Shown in pieces: positions 59,580-64,000 of a stretch of 64,000 bases of DNA. The notes beneath the pieces are model-generated. The model had not been told where the DNA came from and did not search any database. It worked only from the letters and a program-made list of their open reading frames with translations. The position numbers were made by a program, and so were the translations under genes. Within the stretch, counting starts at the first letter, position 1. Every line of letters starts with the position of its first letter. Source of the stretch: a virus; the IMG/VR virus record IMGVR_UViG_3300050343_000182; one strand, 5' to 3'.

Positions 59580-60065
59580 ATGACTCAAGCACAGCTGTCA
59601 AAAAGAAAAGTTGATGTAAGTAACATCACTTGGGAAGATGTATTTGATAAGTTAGAATATGACAGGGCACAAAAAAACTTCACGGTCATAGCACCAAAAG
59701 TGAAACCTGAAGAAATTCTTAACGAATCTGAAGATGTCATCCTACACAGAGGTGCCATGAATACCATGGTATGTGAGGGAAACTATACTCCATGGAGTAT
59801 GCGTCCTCTTGCAGAGCATATGAAACTCAACTATGGTATGAGAGATTTCCACCAATACGTTTCACTTAGTGGTGGGTCTAGTACATTTGGTAGGCATAAT
59901 GATGAAGTAAATGTCATGATTGTGCCAGTTATCGGAGATATAGGTTATACTGTAGATGGTCTTGGTGAAGTTTTTATGGAACCAGGCGATATACTGTATA
60001 TACCTAAATATGTGTATCATGAGCCTATGGTATTAGGACCAAGGGCAACATTGAGTTTTTCTTGA
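59580..60065 (+). CDS. JmjC/cupin-like protein
   Basis: FGRHND...MEPGDILYIPKYVYHE. Confidence 0.8.
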   Translation: MTQAQLSKRKVDVSNITWEDVFDKLEYDRAQKNFTVIAPKVKPEEILNESEDVILHRGAMNTMVCEGNYTPWSMRPLAEHMKLNYGMRDFHQYVSLSGGSSTFGRHNDEVNVMIVPVIGDIGYTVDGLGEVFMEPGDILYIPKYVYHEPMVLGPRATLSFS

Positions 60066-60075
60066 GGATTTTACA

Positions 60076-60402
60076 ATGTATGATACCATCCTATGTCATT
60101 ATGATCTTGGTGCAGGTTTTTTCAAAAGATCTCTGCAAACAAAAGATCTTGACGGATGGGCATATACATTTTTCTTAGATCCTGTGGGACGGTTATGGGA
60201 AGTTGATTACACAGAAACTCAGGACTTTTCAAGAGAAGATCCTAAAGGTTATGTGCCCAACGGTTTGCATGGTAAGGTAAAACCTTATTTTGTTACGAAA
60301 AGTATTGAAATCTATCCTTCAGTCTGGGATGCACATTATGCACCCTTTCCTAGGATGATGCTTCACTTTATCAATGGTCAATTAAACCGAGTATTAGTAT
60401 GA
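60076..60402 (+). CDS. hypothetical protein
   Basis: MYDTI...LQTKDL. Confidence 0.7.
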   Translation: MYDTILCHYDLGAGFFKRSLQTKDLDGWAYTFFLDPVGRLWEVDYTETQDFSREDPKGYVPNGLHGKVKPYFVTKSIEIYPSVWDAHYAPFPRMMLHFINGQLNRVLV

Positions 60403-61076
60403 AATTTCGCAATGTATTACTGGCAGGAGCACTGCTAGGATTGGCAACTTTGCCAGTTAATGCCAAACCACTCAAAGATAGTGAGTACTTCACTAATCAT
60501 TCTATGGGTTGTATGCTCCTGCAGGAATGTACTGAGGGGGTATCAGAAGTCTTTTCACTTCTAGATGTCTCGTCTCAGTATGATAGTCCCGATAGGTTTA
60601 CCTTCGCTTCTAATGAATTCAACCAAATGCTTGTAGCATTGAATCAGGTTGGAGTCCGAGTATATCTTGCAGATTCAAAATACTTCCCTGTTGGACATCG
60701 TGGTGTATACCACACTGTGAGCAACAACTTCTACCTCAACCGAGCATTCATGCATCGTCCTGAGACTTTGATGAGTGTGATGCGTCATGAAGGATGGCAC
60801 GCTGCACAAGATTGTATGGCAGGCACTATCAACAACTCCATGATTGCTATCATTATGGATGAGGACAAAGTTCCTAAGATCTGGCAAGAGATTGCTGCTG
60901 ATACTTACAGATTTCAACCAGGAGCAATTCCCTGGGAGAAAGAAGCATTCTGGGCAGGTAAGACTGAAGGAATGACAATGAGTGCCCTCCAAGCATGTGC
61001 GCGGGGTAATATGTGGGAAGTTTATCCTCCTACACCCATGACGAATGAATGGTTGGAGAAAAACGGTTATAAATAA
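60399..61076 (+). CDS. secreted zincin-like protein (HExxH)
   Basis: signal peptide, MRHEGWHAAQ, downstream EKEA. Confidence 0.7.
   Translation: MKFRNVLLAGALLGLATLPVNAKPLKDSEYFTNHSMGCMLLQECTEGVSEVFSLLDVSSQYDSPDRFTFASNEFNQMLVALNQVGVRVYLADSKYFPVGHRGVYHTVSNNFYLNRAFMHRPETLMSVMRHEGWHAAQDCMAGTINNSMIAIIMDEDKVPKIWQEIAADTYRFQPGAIPWEKEAFWAGKTEGMTMSALQACARGNMWEVYPPTPMTNEWLEKNGYK
61068..61075 (+). promoter_or_regulatory. T4-type late promoter TATAAATA
   Basis: exact consensus in the last codons of the upstream gene. Confidence 0.8.
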
Positions 61077-61102
61077 AACTGTAGCAATTGTGCTGAGATT
61101 TC

Positions 61103-62440
61103 GTGGCAACTAAACGTATATCCCAATTAGATACGATTGCAGACGCCCTCGTTACTGGCGAGGCAATTCTGCCTATCGTTATCTCTGACCCTCTGATTCC
61201 AAACCGTAAGGCAAAGGTCAATCAACTATTCCGTGGTGTGAGCGCAGGTAGCGCAACAGCACCAGGATTAGCTTTTGACTTGGACCGAGACAGTGGGATA
61301 TATCAGTCAGCGATTAATGAGATTGGTCTAGCATTTGGATCAGCATCTCTCTATAATACTAGAAGAGAAAACACTGATGGATCCTCTACCCTGATCATTC
61401 GTGCTGTTGACAGTGCATCTGCAACGTCAAGCATGGAAATGACTCCACAGGGTAGTGGATTTTTTACTGTTAATGGTCCTATCATTCAGACTGATGCACA
61501 GTTCTTCTTGCAAGGTGATCAAAACCCTGCAAAGAGAGTGCAATTCAACGTTGATACAATCTCAACTCAGTCTGGCACCCGTCGTTTCGATCTACCTAAC
61601 GTAGGTACAAACACAAGCACCACTATTCTGGCGAATGATACTTTCCAGACTGTTACAAACAAGACGATCATTATTAAAGACGGTGAGTTGCAGATCACAG
61701 GATCTACTTCAACTGATAAGATCGCAAAATTTGAGTGTGACGCTTGGGAAAGTCCTGGTCAGCACACTTACAAGTTGCCTGACTTTGGTGCTGCTAATAC
61801 TCAGTCTACTTTGTTGGACGACATCTCTGACCAAAATGTTTTCAACAAAAACATGGTCAACCCCACATTCTCTAACACTCCCTCAACAGATGAAGAGAAT
61901 GACCCCACAAGGTATGTGATCTTTGACTCTTCACTGTTAAGTAATAACCGTGTGGTGACTTTCCCTGATATGAATATTAGGGTAGTTGGTGAAGCATCGT
62001 CACAGACACTTAGTAACAAGATTTACAAAGGTGCAATCTTTGCTGACGTTGGTGATGATACTAGAAAGATCCAATTGGATCTCAGTAACATTGAGGACAA
62101 CCAAACCTATGCGTTTAGTTTCCCTGATGATGATCCAGCAGCACCTTTGAATAACGGCACAGCATCTAACATGTTGGTTGCTGAAAGGAAGACACAAACT
62201 CTTTATAATAAAACGTTAGAACTGGCGAAGATAAATAACCCAGAAGACGTTAACGGCATCATGACTATTGATGCCAGCAACTTGACTGGAGCACGCTCCA
62301 TTCAGTTCCCTGACGCTGATGCAACACTTCTATCCACTAATAACATTAGTGATGTTGCAATTAGTTTCGGTGGAGCACTTGCCGCACCTGTGTTAGGTGG
62401 GCAACTAAGACTACAATCATTTTTCCAAGCAGGTTGGTAA
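61103..62440 (+). CDS. virion structural / fibre-associated protein with internal repeats
   Basis: TKRISQL start; about five R..(F/L)PD...QT.TNK repeats. Confidence 0.7.
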   Translation: MATKRISQLDTIADALVTGEAILPIVISDPLIPNRKAKVNQLFRGVSAGSATAPGLAFDLDRDSGIYQSAINEIGLAFGSASLYNTRRENTDGSSTLIIRAVDSASATSSMEMTPQGSGFFTVNGPIIQTDAQFFLQGDQNPAKRVQFNVDTISTQSGTRRFDLPNVGTNTSTTILANDTFQTVTNKTIIIKDGELQITGSTSTDKIAKFECDAWESPGQHTYKLPDFGAANTQSTLLDDISDQNVFNKNMVNPTFSNTPSTDEENDPTRYVIFDSSLLSNNRVVTFPDMNIRVVGEASSQTLSNKIYKGAIFADVGDDTRKIQLDLSNIEDNQTYAFSFPDDDPAAPLNNGTASNMLVAERKTQTLYNKTLELAKINNPEDVNGIMTIDASNLTGARSIQFPDADATLLSTNNISDVAISFGGALAAPVLGGQLRLQSFFQAGW

Positions 62441-62447
62441 TTAACAA

Positions 62448-64000
62448 ATGACAGCAGGAAGACTCGCAGCTAAAAAACCAGGAGCGACCGCTAATACGGT
62501 CCTCTATCGTTGTCCTACTACCGTAACTGGCAGCACAGTTGTTAATGTGTGCAACCAGTCTGGTAGTGGTGCCACTTATCGGATGGCATTAAGGGACTAC
62601 GATCAGGTGCTGCACCTAGATGGACCCGAATCTGAGAATGGTGGATCGGCATCTACTTATAAATTTGCCAAGGGAAATCCCATCTCGGCATATAAAGTTA
62701 CTCTAAACCCTGGTTTTAGCTTTGGTGATGCTATTCCTGGCACTGAGTTTACTACCACCAACAACTCAACTGGTAAGATCCTTGATATTTTCAAGGCATC
62801 GGGTGAGGTTGTCTACTATACACAGGTAAAGGAGATCTCCAACACTCAATTTACTCCTGACAGTATTGCAGGTGAATTTGTTGGTGGTGAGACTGTAACT
62901 GGAGGTGGATCTGGTTATACTGCTGTATATCGTGGTGGTGACTCAGTTGGAGCATATTTTGAATATACTCCTTATGCTACTGGTGTTACAACCATGGCAT
63001 TCTCCCGCACAACGGGTCTTGCTGATGGCATGTATGTGACTCTAGGTGAGTTGGGTGATACAGATGCTGAAGTTGTTGTGATCGCTGCATCTGGTATCAA
63101 TGATCTTGTTGACCAAGTAACTGTTACCCGTGCTCAGTTAAATACCAGTGCTCGTGTAATTCCTGCTGGTCTTGCATCTAATGCATGGTCTGCATCTGCT
63201 GTTGTTACAACTATTAACGAGGGTGCAACTTTTGTCACTGGTGACTCAACTCTAACTGTTACTGACTCTACTGGATTTGTATCTGGTGGTGTTGTCCTAA
63301 TTGACAACGAACTCTGCGCTATTGATCAGGTTAACGGTAACGACCTTACTCTGACTCGCTCTAGATATGGCACTGCTGATGTTGATCATAACGATGGTGT
63401 TAACGTTACTCTGCTGACAGATAACGGCACCTATCTGGTCAACTACTTCCAAGAAGGAGAATCAATTACTGGATCCACATCCAATGCTTCTGCTGGTCTT
63501 AGTTTCTTAACTAACCAGAGTGCAGTTGTTGAAAATAGGTATGTAAGTAGTTTAACTGGAGCTTCTGCTACTGATCATGTTTATGTCGGTCAGTTATCGC
63601 TTAACATTGACCTTACTTATAAGTTTGATCTAAGTAATGCTTCTAATGCAAACTATCCTCTGAAATTCTCTGGTGATGCTGTAGAGGGTCCTAATGACGC
63701 TACTCCTGGCACAGAATATACACAGGGTGTTAGTAAGGTAGGTACTGCAGGTCAAGCAGGTGCATACACATCGATTTCTATCGATGAGAATACCTCAATT
63801 TCACTGTTTGTATACGCAGATGGCACTGTTGGTAGTCCTCCTGCTGCAACAACTGGTATCGGTTTTAATATTGGCGTCCAAACTGATCCTTCTTACGAGC
63901 AAGTCTATATCTATGATGTTGGTGGTGAGCCCCTGATTGCAGGTGATAGTTTCACTGTTAACAACGTAACCCAAACTGTCCAACAGAGTGGCATTGTTGC
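62448..64000 (+). CDS. large virion structural protein, runs off window end
   Basis: MTAGRLAAKKPG... frame open as far as checked by eye; T/G/S/V-rich; TR..YGT repeats. Confidence 0.7.
   Translation, partial: MTAGRLAAKKPGATANTVLYRCPTTVTGSTVVNVCNQSGSGATYRMALRDYDQVLHLDGPESENGGSASTYKFAKGNPISAYKVTLNPGFSFGDAIPGTEFTTTNNSTGKILDIFKASGEVVYYTQVKEISNTQFTPDSIAGEFVGGETVTGGGSGYTAVYRGGDSVGAYFEYTPYATGVTTMAFSRTTGLADGMYVTLGELGDTDAEVVVIAASGINDLVDQVTVTRAQLNTSARVIPAGLASNAWSASAVVTTINEGATFVTGDSTLTVTDSTGFVSGGVVLIDNELCAIDQVNGNDLTLTRSRYGTADVDHNDGVNVTLLTDNGTYLVNYFQEGESITGSTSNASAGLSFLTNQSAVVENRYVSSLTGASATDHVYVGQLSLNIDLTYKFDLSNASNANYPLKFSGDAVEGPNDATPGTEYTQGVSKVGTAGQAGAYTSISIDENTSISLFVYADGTVGSPPAATTGIGFNIGVQTDPSYEQVYIYDVGGEPLIAGDSFTVNNVTQTVQQSGIV

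Overview
A 64-kb segment of a T4-like marine cyanophage (cyanomyovirus; psbD looks Synechococcus-type). In order it holds: the 3' end of petF; the replication block (gp43, uvsX, gp41, mazG, gp61, nrdA, nrdB); a nuclease-like / ligase-like / HIGH-nucleotidyltransferase trio; putative head-internal and Ig-like proteins; a glutamine-riboswitch-like leader with a DUF4278-type peptide; tRNA-Arg(UCU); 2OG-Fe(II) oxygenases; two hli genes; a flavin-dependent halogenase; psbA (about ten indels) and an intact psbD; a 1535-aa virion-type protein; a small outer-membrane beta-barrel; grx, thyX, phoH, exonuclease, gp33, gp32; and the baseplate/tail module (gp53, gp48, gp4, gp2, gp54-like, gp26/gp51, two tape-measure-like paralogs, gp27-like, cp12, cpeT, gp5), ending in fibre-like genes. 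The most notable signals are: (1) a glutamine-I aptamer fold whose P3 loop holds a 53-codon ORF, with the stop codon inside the E-loop strand; (2) a T TTT TTC slippery site that would fuse gp26 to gp51 by -1 frameshifting, as in lambda G/GT; (3) a protein with all covalent-nucleotidyltransferase motifs flanked by a nuclease-like gene and an NMNAT-like gene; (4) divergent gp48/gp4 genes whose start codons share one CATG. All family assignments come from motif recognition by eye; no searches were run.
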